Origin: an uncultured archaeon | Lineage (GTDB): Archaea; Thermoproteota; Nitrososphaeria; Nitrososphaerales; Gagatemarchaeaceae | Direction: 5' to 3' | Length of the DNA stretch: 64,000 nucleotides | Assembly (NCBI GenBank): GCA_963799775.1 | Contig: CAWCYD010000002.1 | Location: 32,001 to 96,000 of the forward strand | In this document: in pieces, positions 52,368-62,384 of the stretch | Numbering within the stretch: the stretch's first letter is position 1 | How the letters are laid out: every line of letters starts with the position of its first letter | Made by a program: the position numbers and the translations under genes | Notes under the pieces: model-generated | Databases searched by the model: none | What the model saw: only the letters and a program-made list of their open reading frames with translations | What the model was told of the DNA's origin: nothing

Positions 52368-53482
52368 GATGAGACGAGCGTAGACGTCGAGAGGGCGCGC
52401 GCAGAGTTCCAGCAGCGCAACATCGCCGCCGTCAAGAACGCACGAGAGAGGATAGAAAGATTCAGGCAGGACGCGGTCTACACCTTCGAGCGGACGAAGA
52501 AGGAGAGGCAGCGGGTCATCGGCGACGTCGCCCACACTCTCAACGTGACGGTGAACGAGGTCCAGTCCAGACACGAGGCCGTGAGAAGGCGCCTGAGGCA
52601 GGAGGCGGTCCGGAGGGACGTCCACGTGAGAGTGAGCCGCAGCCTCGGGGCCCTGGCTGACTTCCTCAACGTGCAGCGCGACGAGTACATCGACGAGAAG
52701 GCGCTGCTCGCAGCCATAGCCGACCCGGCGATCAGCGGCTCGACCGCAGACAAGAACAGGAAGGCCTCGGTCTCAGAGCTGATCCTCTCCGCGCAGAAGC
52801 AGCTCATACAGCAATCAGAGTTCATCAACGTCGCCGCCCACGAGCTCCGCACTCCGATAATGCCGATCCTGGCGTACGCCGAGATAATGGAATCGAAGAT
52901 GCCCGAGAAGTCGCAGGAGCTCGAGGCCATAAAGCGGAACGCCATCAGGCTGCAGCGCCTCGCGGAGAACATCCTCAACGTCGCGAGGATCGACAGCAAC
53001 ACGCTGGTGCTGAGGAGGGAACCCACGAACCTGACCTCGCTGGTCCGCGAGATAATCGCCGAGAAGAGGCCCCAAAAAGGCGTCTACCTTCAATTCGAGA
53101 GCGCCGACAATCTCGTGGTCTCTGTCGACAGGGAGAGGATCTCGCAGGTCATCTCCAACCTCGTGGACAACGCAATCAAGTTCACCGAGAACGGCGAGAT
53201 CTTCGTCTCCATAAGAGCCGAGGGGAACGACGCGGTCCTCAGGTCCTGGACGACGGGCCAGGGATCGCCCAAGAGGCGTTTCCCGTCCTCTTCACGAAGT
53301 TCGGCGCGAGGTCGCAGGGCGGAACGGGCCTTGGCCTCTTCATCTGCAAGGGCATAGTCGAGGCGCACGGAGGCCTGATAAGGGCCCGCAACAGCGCAGA
53401 AGGCAGGGGAGCGATCTTCCAGTTCACCCTCCCCCTCGCGAGATCCATCGCCGGCGCGGCCACCGGTCCAAAGCAAGACTAG
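52364..53482 (+). CDS. cytoplasmic sensor histidine kinase (HisKA + HATPase), frameshifts at 5' end and ~53243
   Basis: FINVAAHELRTP, QVISNLVDNAIKFT, shifted-frame DDGPGI, GTGLGLFICKGIVEAHGG. Confidence 0.88.
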
Positions 53483-53641
53483 GTTTCATTCCAAAGTATG
53501 TGGATTTCGGCTCCAAAACCGAGAATCTTGCGCGGAATACCCTTCAGGTCGTCGAAACATCCTTCGCGTAGGGATGGCGGGTCCATCTCCGACCTAAGAT
53601 TCAACGTATCACCACTTCAACCGTTGGGTGATTCGAATGTC

Positions 53642-53773
53642 ATGGCAAGCGAGCAGATGAGCGGGATCTGTGGGAGGTGCGGCAAAGGGGCGCACCTGGA
53701 AGGCCCGTTCAGGGTCTGCAACGGCTGCCTCCAGGTCGCCAGCGCCTGCAAGTGCGTGGACATCATGGGCTGA
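53642..53773 (+). CDS. Cys-rich microprotein
   Basis: CGRCG...CNGC-x5-CKC; same Cys spacing as 29542-29739. Confidence 0.5.
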   Translation: MASEQMSGICGRCGKGAHLEGPFRVCNGCLQVASACKCVDIMG

Positions 53774-53833
53774 TCGCGTCCGTATAGAGATAGGAAGGAA
53801 CGAAGTTATGGAAGAATCTAGCGGAAAATCTAT

Positions 53834-54565
53834 TTGACGCGCGAAACTGGAATCGGCGAAGGCTTGACCAAGATTCTCATAGTCGACGACGAACACGACG
53901 TCGCCGACGCGCTCAAGGCGGGCCTTCAGATGGACGGGTTCGAGGTCGACGCGTACTACGATCCCATAAAGGCGCTCGCGGCCTTCAGCCCGGACATCTA
54001 TGACCTCGTCATAAGCGACATCAAGATGCCTCACATGAATGGTTTCGAGTTCGTGTACGAGATCAAGAAGATAGACAAAGACGTCCAGGTCATATTCCTG
54101 ACCGGCTACGTGGACCTGATGAAAGAGGTGAACAAGCTCTTCACGAAGCTGAACGTCATGGACGTCATCCAAAAGCCGATAGGTGTGCGGGAACTAGCGC
54201 AGAGGATCAACGCGTTGCACCTCGGGCTGAAAGCCAGCCCGGAGGGACAAGACGAAGGCCCCGCACGGCGAGTCCCTCTAGAGGGGACCGAGCATCCCTA
54301 CGCGACTTTAGAACGGGTAGAACTTCGGGATCGAGACACCGAAGACAGCGGTCAGGATGACGTCGAGGATCACCAGGACGGCCCAGCTCGCGATCACTAT
54401 CGCCAAGGCACCGAGCCACCCCGTGTCGAACGAAGCCCTGTATACCCCCAACCAGACGAGCAGAGCGAAGAGGAAGGCGAGCACCACCGCGCTGGATCCC
54501 AGGAACGGCGTGAGCACGAAAGCCCCAGCCCACAATATGATGACATAGGCCACCGCCCCTCCTAG
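53834..54565 (+). CDS. response regulator receiver (true end probably near 54281; read-through likely an indel)
   Basis: ILIVDDE, ISDIKMPHMNG, FLTG, KP. Confidence 0.85.
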   Translation: MTRETGIGEGLTKILIVDDEHDVADALKAGLQMDGFEVDAYYDPIKALAAFSPDIYDLVISDIKMPHMNGFEFVYEIKKIDKDVQVIFLTGYVDLMKEVNKLFTKLNVMDVIQKPIGVRELAQRINALHLGLKASPEGQDEGPARRVPLEGTEHPYATLERVELRDRDTEDSGQDDVEDHQDGPARDHYRQGTEPPRVERSPVYPQPDEQSEEEGEHHRAGSQERREHESPSPQYDDIGHRPS

Positions 54566-54727
54566 CGTAGCGCCCATCGCGGATCCAAAGTCCGCGCGCC
54601 CGCCCGTCACAAGCTCTCCGGAGATGTACACGGGAATCGAGACGACTATCCAAAGTATGATCAGTGCGACCGCCAAGATCAGCACCCCGGTCAACGTCGT
54701 CGGAACCGCGATCGAGAACATTGACAT
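54308..54727 (-). CDS. four-TM membrane protein
   Basis: Hydrophobic ORF with F.TGWLGAL.I motif. Confidence 0.65.
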   Translation of the reverse strand: MSMFSIAVPTTLTGVLILAVALIILWIVVSIPVYISGELVTGGRADFGSAMGATLGGAVAYVIILWAGAFVLTPFLGSSAVVLAFLFALLVWLGVYRASFDTGWLGALAIVIASWAVLVILDVILTAVFGVSIPKFYPF

Positions 54728-54827
54728 CGTTATCGCTTCGAGACACGCCTTCGCGTTCTAAATAGAGGACTGCACAGCGATACAGGCTAATCTTCCAGTA
54801 GATAGATTCCCGTTCGTCCGTCTGTCG

Positions 54828-55461
54828 CTAGGCTGCCGTCTTTCGGTCTCTGATGACCCCGACCCTCACCTGGGTCTTCGGGTGCCTTCGGACGCCAAGG
54901 TCGGGGAACCTAGAGCCGCTTCTTCGTCTCTGCTGCCACCACCTCAGCGGCGTGAATCGCCTCCACAAGGGCTTCCCCGTCGACGAAGGACGCCGCGAGC
55001 TCGTCCGAGTGCATCTCCTGCTTGTGATAGCGACGAGAGTAGACAAGCGAGAAGAACGAGGTCGAGAGCAGAAAGGCCGCAATCAAGGTGCACTCCAGGA
55101 AGAGGACCGACCGGGACATCGCGAATGACGACGCGGAGAAGACGAACGAGACGAACGCCGCCGGGGCTACGACCCGCTTCCTCCTGTCTTCGCCGTCCTT
55201 CCCAAGCAGGTGACCGAACTCATGGGCTGCGACGGCGAGCCTTTGCTTTTCTGTGAGCTTGGAGTAGTATCGCGCCCCGAAGAGGAGCTTGTTGCCGATG
55301 CTCAGCGCCGACAAGTTGGACCTCGCCAGAAAGTATCTCTGGCCCGTGCTCTTGCTCATCTGGCCAGAGACATTCATCTTCTCAGCCAACGAGTCCATCT
55401 CCGCAGACTCGAAGGGCTTTGCCCCGAAGAAGATCCTCAGGTATAGCGAGCCTGCGTCCAT
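54828..55461 (-). CDS. M48/HtpX-like zinc metalloprotease, frameshift near 54915
   Basis: AVAAHEFGH, QEMHSDELA, shifted-frame HPKTQVR. Confidence 0.75.
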
Positions 55462-55579
55462 CGGATGAACCCTTTCAGCCGGATCCCTCTCGACATGGGA
55501 AGATGAGGGAGCGTGGCATGAATCGGTCAGGGCATCTACGGGTAGATTTACCTTGTGAACGGACCCTTCAGCCCAGACC

Positions 55580-55919
55580 CTAGTCCAAGTTCTGCTCTAA
55601 AGGACGGGGGTTCCAACCAGGGCCAAGGAGGTTGAGCAGGAAGGAGCGGAGCAGCTTGATCTCCTCGGGGTCCGAGGTCAGGATTGTGAACCCGCGGGCT
55701 TCGCCATCCTGTCCCTCTTGCATCCCGCTCAAGCGGGGGCTCACGTGGCCAACGTCGCCTGTTTGATGCGTCTTCTTGTGGGCCTGCATGTGGACGAAGC
55801 AGTGGACCGCTCCCGCAGAGCTCGCACGTGTAACGATAGTCTGCCTCGAGCCTCGAACCGCAATAGAGGCAGTCCGAGCTGCTGCGCGCCTCCCTTCCTC
55901 CTTGCAGCCCGGACGCCAT
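55580..55919 (-). CDS. AN1-like zinc-finger protein, frameshifted
   Basis: CLYCG....RYTCELCG then HCF.HMQAH. Confidence 0.5.
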
Positions 55920-55925
55920 CCGACT

Positions 55926-56258
55926 TTAGTCCTTCCTGATAGAGGGTATCGAGCTCTCTATCGTGGGCGGCGTCTTCTCGGTCCTGTAGACATCGTATTC
56001 GTCGAAGCTCGGCGGGAGAGGCCTCATGAAGTCCTTGTTGGCCTGGTCTTCCGTCATGTTGAATCTCACTGCCTTACCGTCGAACCCTTCAACCAAGGCT
56101 TTCGGCAGGTAGAATCTTGACATCTCCTTCTCATTAAGCTTCTCCGTCATCACCCATTTTTGACCAATCTGCTTTACCTCGCCGAGGGAGATGTCGTCCT
56201 CGCCCATCGCCTCGCGGGTTACCATCTGGTCCCACCCGTAGCTAGTGACTCGTTGCAT
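55926..56258 (-). CDS. hypothetical protein (thaumarchaeal-type, PRC-barrel-like)
   Basis: EAMGEDDISLGEVKQIG...FYLPKALVEGFDG. Confidence 0.6.
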   Translation of the reverse strand: MQRVTSYGWDQMVTREAMGEDDISLGEVKQIGQKWVMTEKLNEKEMSRFYLPKALVEGFDGKAVRFNMTEDQANKDFMRPLPPSFDEYDVYRTEKTPPTIESSIPSIRKD

Positions 56259-56357
56259 ATCTGACCGATGGTCGAGGATGATTTCACCCTCTGTCAACAG
56301 TGTTATGTAGGAATCTCGCGTTCGCAATATCAGCAGAGGGCAACATGACCACTTGGT

Positions 56358-56894
56358 TTGAGCGCCCAAGCAGTTGCGACGGAAGTTGACTGGACGGGAC
56401 ATCCATGGGTCGTCCCCGCCTTCATCTGGCTCACGGTCGAGGCCGTCGCCCTTGGGATCGTCCTGGCGACCGGGGAGTTTCTCGGGAACCTGGCCTTTCG
56501 CCATATGGGCCCTTTCGGCCTGATAGCCTGGACGATGGGCTTCGTCTTCCTGCTCTGGCTGATAGGAAGCCTGAGGCTCGCCGTCCTGAGGGCCTCGAAC
56601 AAGTACGTCCTCAGGGGCTCCAGCCTAGAGATACAACACGGCCTCCTGAGCAAGAGGATCTACACAGTCTCGGCCGCCGGGTTCTCCGACCTCGAGGTCA
56701 TCAAGAGCATCACGGGGCGCATCCTGAACATGGGGACGATAGTCATCGAGACGGACAGCGACAGGGCAGATCAGGCTGATTAAGGTCCGCGACCCTGTCC
56801 GGGTGGCCGCCTTGATAAGGCAAGTGATGACCGTGCCCGTCGTGAGGGTGGCCGCCATGGCGGGACCGCCCGCTCCTCCTGCACCTCAGCGATG
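56358..56894 (+). CDS. membrane protein with bacterial PH (bPH_2) domain, frameshift near 56765
   Basis: Two TM helices, GLLSKR, SITGRILNMGTIVIET. Confidence 0.7.
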
Positions 56895-56993
56895 AGCTCT
56901 TGGCAGGCGCGGGCTCCCCCACGCCTTGCGGGGAGTTCATCGATGTCCACGTTCGTTCAAGAATAATAGAGAGAGGTCTGCCCTAGATTGCCA

Positions 56994-57509
56994 ATGGCGG
57001 TGGGGCGGTTCCAGGTCATGGCCCTGCTCCAGGCGGCCAGAGCGCACGAGCTCGGCTTCCCCCTGGAGTCGGCGAAGTCGTGGGGCCTGAACAGGGCGAT
57101 ATTCTATGCAGCCGCCAAGAGAGGGTTCAAGGGCGGAGGAGGCGCGCACGAACCGCCGGCAGCCAAGGGCAAGGGCATAAGGCCTCTGTCGGGCAAAGGG
57201 AGGGAGCCATCGTGGACTGGCTTTGGCGACGACCTCGCACCCGGAGCCGAGGTCGGGGGTAAGCGGCTCTTCGTGATCGGCGGCGAGGTCCAGACGGAGA
57301 AGGATTTCGAGAGGCAGATCCAATCCAGATTCGGCGTTGGATATGCGGAGGCGTGGGAGGAAGCTCTCGACTACGTCCGCCATTTCCCCAGGGAGACTCT
57401 AGAGTCCAGAGAGGGGTTCTACCAGGACGTCTACAGGCCGAAGAGAGACGACTTCGCCACCAAGTGGACCGAGCTGAGCCAGAAGAAGACCGCAGCGAAG
57501 CCCAAGTGA
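56994..57509 (+). CDS. conserved archaeal hypothetical protein
   Basis: GRFQVMALLQAARA...AKSWGLNRAIFYAAAKRG...Y.P.RD. Confidence 0.65.
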   Translation: MAVGRFQVMALLQAARAHELGFPLESAKSWGLNRAIFYAAAKRGFKGGGGAHEPPAAKGKGIRPLSGKGREPSWTGFGDDLAPGAEVGGKRLFVIGGEVQTEKDFERQIQSRFGVGYAEAWEEALDYVRHFPRETLESREGFYQDVYRPKRDDFATKWTELSQKKTAAKPK

Positions 57510-57615
57510 CGCCAACTTCGAGGAGGTACTGCGAGATTTCTAGCATCCGTAACAATGCTGCTGTAATGGTATATCACCGCGCGGGAGCACTCATTCGGGA
57601 AAGAGGGAAAGAGGC

Positions 57616-57954
57616 GTGTATCACAATTTGGAGAGGAGTTCGCAGTCCGTCGAATACAGGAGCGTCCTCGGATGGGGGAACAGGGGATGGCTCGAGATAA
57701 TCAGCCTGATCATATCCGCTAGCACACACGGCGCCCTCAAGACCCACATAATGTATCAGTGCAACCTCAACTCAAAACAGGTCCAGCAATACTTGGACTA
57801 CGCATTGGCCCGCGGGCTGGTCGTCGCCTCGCCCGACCCTGAAGACGAGAGGAGGACCATCTACACCACCACAGAAAGGGGAAGGAGGTTCACGCGGGCC
57901 TACGACGAACTTGCGGCAATGTTCAACCTCCAGAGCCCGAGTCTCGACGTCTAG
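57616..57954 (+). CDS. archaeal winged-helix regulator (HTH_45-like), close paralogue of 48864-49190
   Basis: SVLGWGNRGWLEII...ALKTHIMYQCNLNSKQVQQYL...TTERGRRF. Confidence 0.85.
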   Translation: MYHNLERSSQSVEYRSVLGWGNRGWLEIISLIISASTHGALKTHIMYQCNLNSKQVQQYLDYALARGLVVASPDPEDERRTIYTTTERGRRFTRAYDELAAMFNLQSPSLDV

Positions 57955-58055
57955 GTCTTCATCGCGACGTCTGGTCCTAAAGCTACTCGACCGATCCGCC
58001 CCAGTAACTGACCAGTTGCAAACGCTTATGTAAAGTCCGGAAAACCGCAGAACGG

Positions 58056-59025
58056 TTGAGCAAGATTTTGGTCACCGGCGCCGCCGGCCAAATCGGCTCT
58101 GAGCTCGTCGTCGCCCTAAGGGAGAAGCACGGCGAGGAGAACGTCATCGCCACTGACATCCTGCTGAAAGCAGTCGAGCGGGTCCATCCCCTCCGGCCCC
58201 AACGAGCAGGTGGACGTCACCGAGATCAGGAAGCTAAGGGAGGCCATCAGCACCTGGGACGTGACCACCATCTACCATCTTGCAGCGATCCTCTCCGCAT
58301 CGGGAGAGAAGAACCCGCAGATGGCCTGGGACGTCAACATGAAAGGCCTGCAGAACATCCTCGAGCTCTCGAGAGAGATGGGGGTAACGCGCGTCTACTG
58401 GCCCAGCTCAATCGCGGTCTTCGGCCCGGGCATCCCCCGCGTGAAGACGGGGCAGGACGTCCCCCTGGTCCCAACGACGATGTATGGGATCACAAAGGCG
58501 GTCGGCGAGCTCCTTTGCAACTACTACTTCCAGCGCTATGGCGTCGACGTCCGCTCGATACGATATCCAGGGATCATCAGCAACAAGGTGCTCCCACACG
58601 GAGGGACGACCGACTACGCGGTCGACATGTTCTACGAGGCGATCTTGAGGAAGCGGTACACCTGCTTCGTGAGGAAGGACACGGTCCTTCCAATGGTCTA
58701 CATGCCCGACGCGATACGCGCGACGCTGATGCTGATGGACTCCAGCCCTAAGAGCGTCTCCTACCACATGGGCTACAACCTAGCGGGCCTGACCTTCTCG
58801 GCCGGGGAGCTGGCCGACGAGATCAGGAAGCACATACCGGACTTTAGATGCGACTTCGTCCCAGACTTTAGACAGAAGATCGCGGACTCCTGGCCTCAAT
58901 CCATCGACGACGGCCTCGCTCGCAAGGACTGGGGGTGGAAGCCAAAGTACGCGCTGACCTCCATGGTCAAGGACATGATAAGGGAGCTGAGCGCCCGAGC
59001 GAAGCAGGGCGTCCTGGTGTCCTGA
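58056..59025 (+). CDS. tdh: SDR-type L-threonine 3-dehydrogenase, frameshift near 58200
   Basis: [52 protein letters not shown]; near kbl. Confidence 0.88.
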
Positions 59026-59034
59026 TCTCGCAGA

Positions 59035-59580
59035 CTATGTGCTAGTGGTGCCTGTCTTGGACCCTTCCAGTGCACGCGCTGGTCTCAATCCTCGGGCGGC
59101 GACCACCACCCCCGCGATTACGGCGAAGAGGATTGCAGCCAGCCAGGCGGCGGGGAATTCTGGCGTGGGCGAAGTGCCCGCCTTTACCGTCACGCTACCG
59201 ACCATCCATGCGTGATACGAGCAGTAGTAGTCATAGACGCCCGGGACGGTGAATGTGAAAGGGTAAGTGGCTCCCGGCGAGATGTTCCCAGAGCCCGCGG
59301 TCGGCCAATTCCCGCCGGACGGCTGGCCCTTGGGCACCACAGTGTGCGAGGTCCCTGTCCCCGCCGTGTCGTTATTCGTCCAGACGACTGTGTTGTTGAC
59401 TCCGATGACGACTGTAATGTTCTCGGGCGTGAAGCTTGGCCCCGCGCTTGGACCGCTCCCCGACCCGTTGGGGATGGAGACGACGACAGAGCTAGCGGCC
59501 CTGGCCGCTGGGACCGCAAGAACCAATCCCGCGAGAATCACTATGACGAAGGCGCCGAAGCCGATCATCTTTCTAGACAT
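59035..59580 (-). CDS. cupredoxin (plastocyanin-like) with PEF-type C-terminal sorting signal
   Basis: N.TVVWTNND...HTV...YDYYCSYHAWM.G; TPEFP followed by TM and basic residues. Confidence 0.85.
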   Translation of the reverse strand: MSRKMIGFGAFVIVILAGLVLAVPAARAASSVVVSIPNGSGSGPSAGPSFTPENITVVIGVNNTVVWTNNDTAGTGTSHTVVPKGQPSGGNWPTAGSGNISPGATYPFTFTVPGVYDYYCSYHAWMVGSVTVKAGTSPTPEFPAAWLAAILFAVIAGVVVAARGLRPARALEGSKTGTTST

Positions 59581-59690
59581 TGCAACCGATTCCTTTACGC
59601 CGGGATTGATTAAAGTTTCCACTATGATTTCCATAACGTGAAAAGGAAATAAGGCGAGCGCAGCCATGCACGAAGCGGTTCTCAACAAAC

Positions 59691-60896
59691 ATGGGCAGAG
59701 ACCCCACGTCTTTCCTGGGTGAAGAATACAGGGCGCTCGTCGCGAGCGACCTTGACTGGAAGATCAGGACTCTTCAGGGGCCTAGCACCCCATGGTGTCA
59801 CATCGACGGGAAGAAGGTGCTGATGCTCTGCTCCAACAACTATCTTGGGCTCACCAACCACCCTTCACTGAAGAAGGCGGCCGTCGACGCCGTCAATTCT
59901 CACGGCGCGGGCTCAGGCTCGGTGCGCGCGATCGCGGGCAACATGGACCTCCACATCCAGCTCGAGGAACGTCTCGCCCACTTCAAGCGCGCAGAGGCGT
60001 CGCTGGTCTACCAGACCGGCTATGCCGTCAACAGCGGCCTGATCCCCCAGCTGGTTGGAGAGCAGGACCTGGTGATCAGCGACGAGCTGAACCACGGGAG
60101 CATTATCGACGGGGTCAGGTTGTCCCGCGCGGAGAGGGCGGTCTACAAGCACGCCGACACTATGGACCTCTCGAGGGCCCTCGACGAGGCGGAGAGGCAC
60201 GTGCCCCAATATCGCCGGATACTGATAATCACGGACGGGGTCTTCTCGATGGACGGCGACATCGCCCCCCTCGACCAGATAGCCAGGCTGGCCGGCGAGC
60301 ACGGGGCTCTCGTCTACGTGGACGACGCTCACGGCGAAGGGGTCCTGGGAGACGGAGGACGCGGCATAGTCTCCCACTTCCATCTTGACAGGAGGCAGGT
60401 GCAGATCGAGATGGGCACCTTCTCAAAGGCCTTCGGCGTCGTAGGCGGGCACGTCTCCGGCTCGAGAGACCTGACCAACTTCGCCTACAACAAGTCGAGG
60501 ACCTGGCTGCTCAGCGGCTCGCACCCTCCTGCCGTGGCCGCGGCGTGCATCGCGGCGATCGACGTGCTCGAGAACGAGCCCGAGCGCGTCCAGACCCTCT
60601 GGAAGCACACCAGGCACTTCAAGCAGAGGATGAGCGAGCTCGGCTTTGACATAGGGAGGAGCGAGTCCCCGATCACGCCGATCATGGTCGGCGAGGCGGA
60701 GGTCGCAAAGAAGCTCAGCGCCCGCCTCTACGAAGAGGGCGTCTTCGCGCTGCCGATCGTCTTCCCCATGGTCGCAAAGGGCAGAGCGAGGATCAGGACG
60801 ATCATGAACGCCGCCCTCACCCCTGAGGACCTCGACTTTGCGATCGGCGCCTTTGAGAAGATCGGGAAGGAGCTCGCGCTCGTCGCCAGGCACTGA
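59691..60896 (+). CDS. kbl: 2-amino-3-ketobutyrate CoA ligase (glycine C-acetyltransferase)
   Basis: CSNNYLGL, SDELNHGSIIDG, TDGVFSMDG, DDAHG, GTFSKA, ARIR. Confidence 0.88.
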   Translation: MGRDPTSFLGEEYRALVASDLDWKIRTLQGPSTPWCHIDGKKVLMLCSNNYLGLTNHPSLKKAAVDAVNSHGAGSGSVRAIAGNMDLHIQLEERLAHFKRAEASLVYQTGYAVNSGLIPQLVGEQDLVISDELNHGSIIDGVRLSRAERAVYKHADTMDLSRALDEAERHVPQYRRILIITDGVFSMDGDIAPLDQIARLAGEHGALVYVDDAHGEGVLGDGGRGIVSHFHLDRRQVQIEMGTFSKAFGVVGGHVSGSRDLTNFAYNKSRTWLLSGSHPPAVAAACIAAIDVLENEPERVQTLWKHTRHFKQRMSELGFDIGRSESPITPIMVGEAEVAKKLSARLYEEGVFALPIVFPMVAKGRARIRTIMNAALTPEDLDFAIGAFEKIGKELALVARH

Positions 60897-60902
60897 CCTG
60901 CC

Positions 60903-61229
60903 TCAGGCCATCGCCTGGGCTTGGATCAGTTCCTCGAGCTTCTCGAAATAGAGCCTGGTGGCGAGGGGCATGTCCTTCAGGTTCGCCTCTATCGCCTGGA
61001 TGACCTTGTCTACGGCCCGCCTTGAGGTCTTGAACTCGAACTTCATCGTCAGGATCGGGTCCCTGACGACCTGGATGCTGTCCCTTAGGTCGGGCGGCGC
61101 CCTGGCCTTCGCGTCGACCTCGACCTTTCGATACCAGGCCGCGAGCACCTCAGGGTCAAGGCCGAGCTTGAGCCGGTCTATCTCCTGGGCGAGCCTCTGG
61201 ATGAGCCTCATCTCGCTGCTGTCAGACAT
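60903..61229 (-). CDS. hypothetical protein
   Basis: C-terminal part of ORF 60903-61682 from ATG 61229. Confidence 0.55.
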   Translation of the reverse strand: MSDSSEMRLIQRLAQEIDRLKLGLDPEVLAAWYRKVEVDAKARAPPDLRDSIQVVRDPILTMKFEFKTSRRAVDKVIQAIEANLKDMPLATRLYFEKLEELIQAQAMA

Positions 61230-61246
61230 GCGAGCCCACTCGATCC

Positions 61247-61657
61247 TCAGCTGCACCGGGACTGCAGGATCTCTGTCTTCTCGTACTCTGCTTCCCAGAC
61301 GTGCATGCTGTTCCTCGCCCTCCTCACTGTGATCAGGGCGTAGCCCTCCGGCGCGTCGGAGAGGGACTTCCGGAGTATCTCCTGCACGCTCTCGTGGTCC
61401 TCGTCGAAGGTCTTCACGATGTGCTGCTTGTATTTCTCGACCTCCTTCATATGGTCCTTCAAGCACAGGTTCTTTCCCTGGAACCGCGAGGAGGTCAGCA
61501 GCTTCACCTCTGTCCCGCAGAGGTCGCACTTCACGGTCTGCATCCCGCAGGAGAGGCATATCCTTCCCACGCCGATGACCATCGGGAAAGTCCCGGGCGT
61601 GGTCTCCTCCTTCCCGCAAAGGGAGCACTTCATCAGCTTGCCGGTCGAATGCTGCAT
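61247..61657 (-). CDS. zinc-binding hypothetical protein
   Basis: CSLC, CLSC, CDLC, CLKDH. Confidence 0.6.
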   Translation of the reverse strand: MQHSTGKLMKCSLCGKEETTPGTFPMVIGVGRICLSCGMQTVKCDLCGTEVKLLTSSRFQGKNLCLKDHMKEVEKYKQHIVKTFDEDHESVQEILRKSLSDAPEGYALITVRRARNSMHVWEAEYEKTEILQSRCS

Positions 61658-61769
61658 GACTAGGACGTCCGAGAACGGCCATTGCTTAAGACGATTTCGC
61701 TCGGCGCGTCGAGTCGGGTGCTCGAGGAACGTTTAGTCTTATATAATCAATCGCCGTTTGTTCGCAAGA

Positions 61770-62356
61770 ATGGTCAGGGCGACCCGCGCCGTCCAAGTGA
61801 TTTCGGACGAGAAGACCGCTCGCCTACTGGTCGTCCCGATAAAGCGGCAGATCCTTAGGCACCTCGCCGAGCGCGAGCTGACCCAGAAGATGCTCGCGAA
61901 CCTGCTCGAGGTCTCGGACCCGACGATCAGCTACCACCTCCAGGCGCTCAAGTCGGCCGGCCTGGTCAAGGTCGTGCGACGGGAGCCCGAGCTCCACGGC
62001 ATAGTCCAGAACTTCTACAGGGCGAGCGCGACCTACTTCGTGGCTGACTACGGCGAGATGCCCCTCGACCTGAAGAGGTACTTCCTCGACGTCAACCTGG
62101 AGAGGCTCAGGGGTGTCTTCTCGATCCTGAGGGCTCTGAGAGGGATAAAGATCACGTTGACGAGCGCAGACATGGAGAAGCTCGCCGACCGGATCTCTCT
62201 GTCCGTCGCGGAGGTCGCTAAGGAGTATCAGGAGGCGTCTTTCGATGGAGGCAGGGAGTCGCTGATAATGAGCCTCTACGGCGACGCGCTCCAGCGGGTC
62301 ATAGAGAAGGCACCCTTCGAGCATATCTTCCCTAAGCTCCCAGTTGGCGGAGCTAG
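61770..62356 (+). CDS. ArsR-family HTH regulator (long ORF read-through probably an indel)
   Basis: IKRQILRHL....TQKMLA..L.VS.PTISYHLQALKSAGLV...FYRA. Confidence 0.8.
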
Positions 62357-62384
62357 GCTTGCTGAAGGCCTGACCGCCGCTTCC

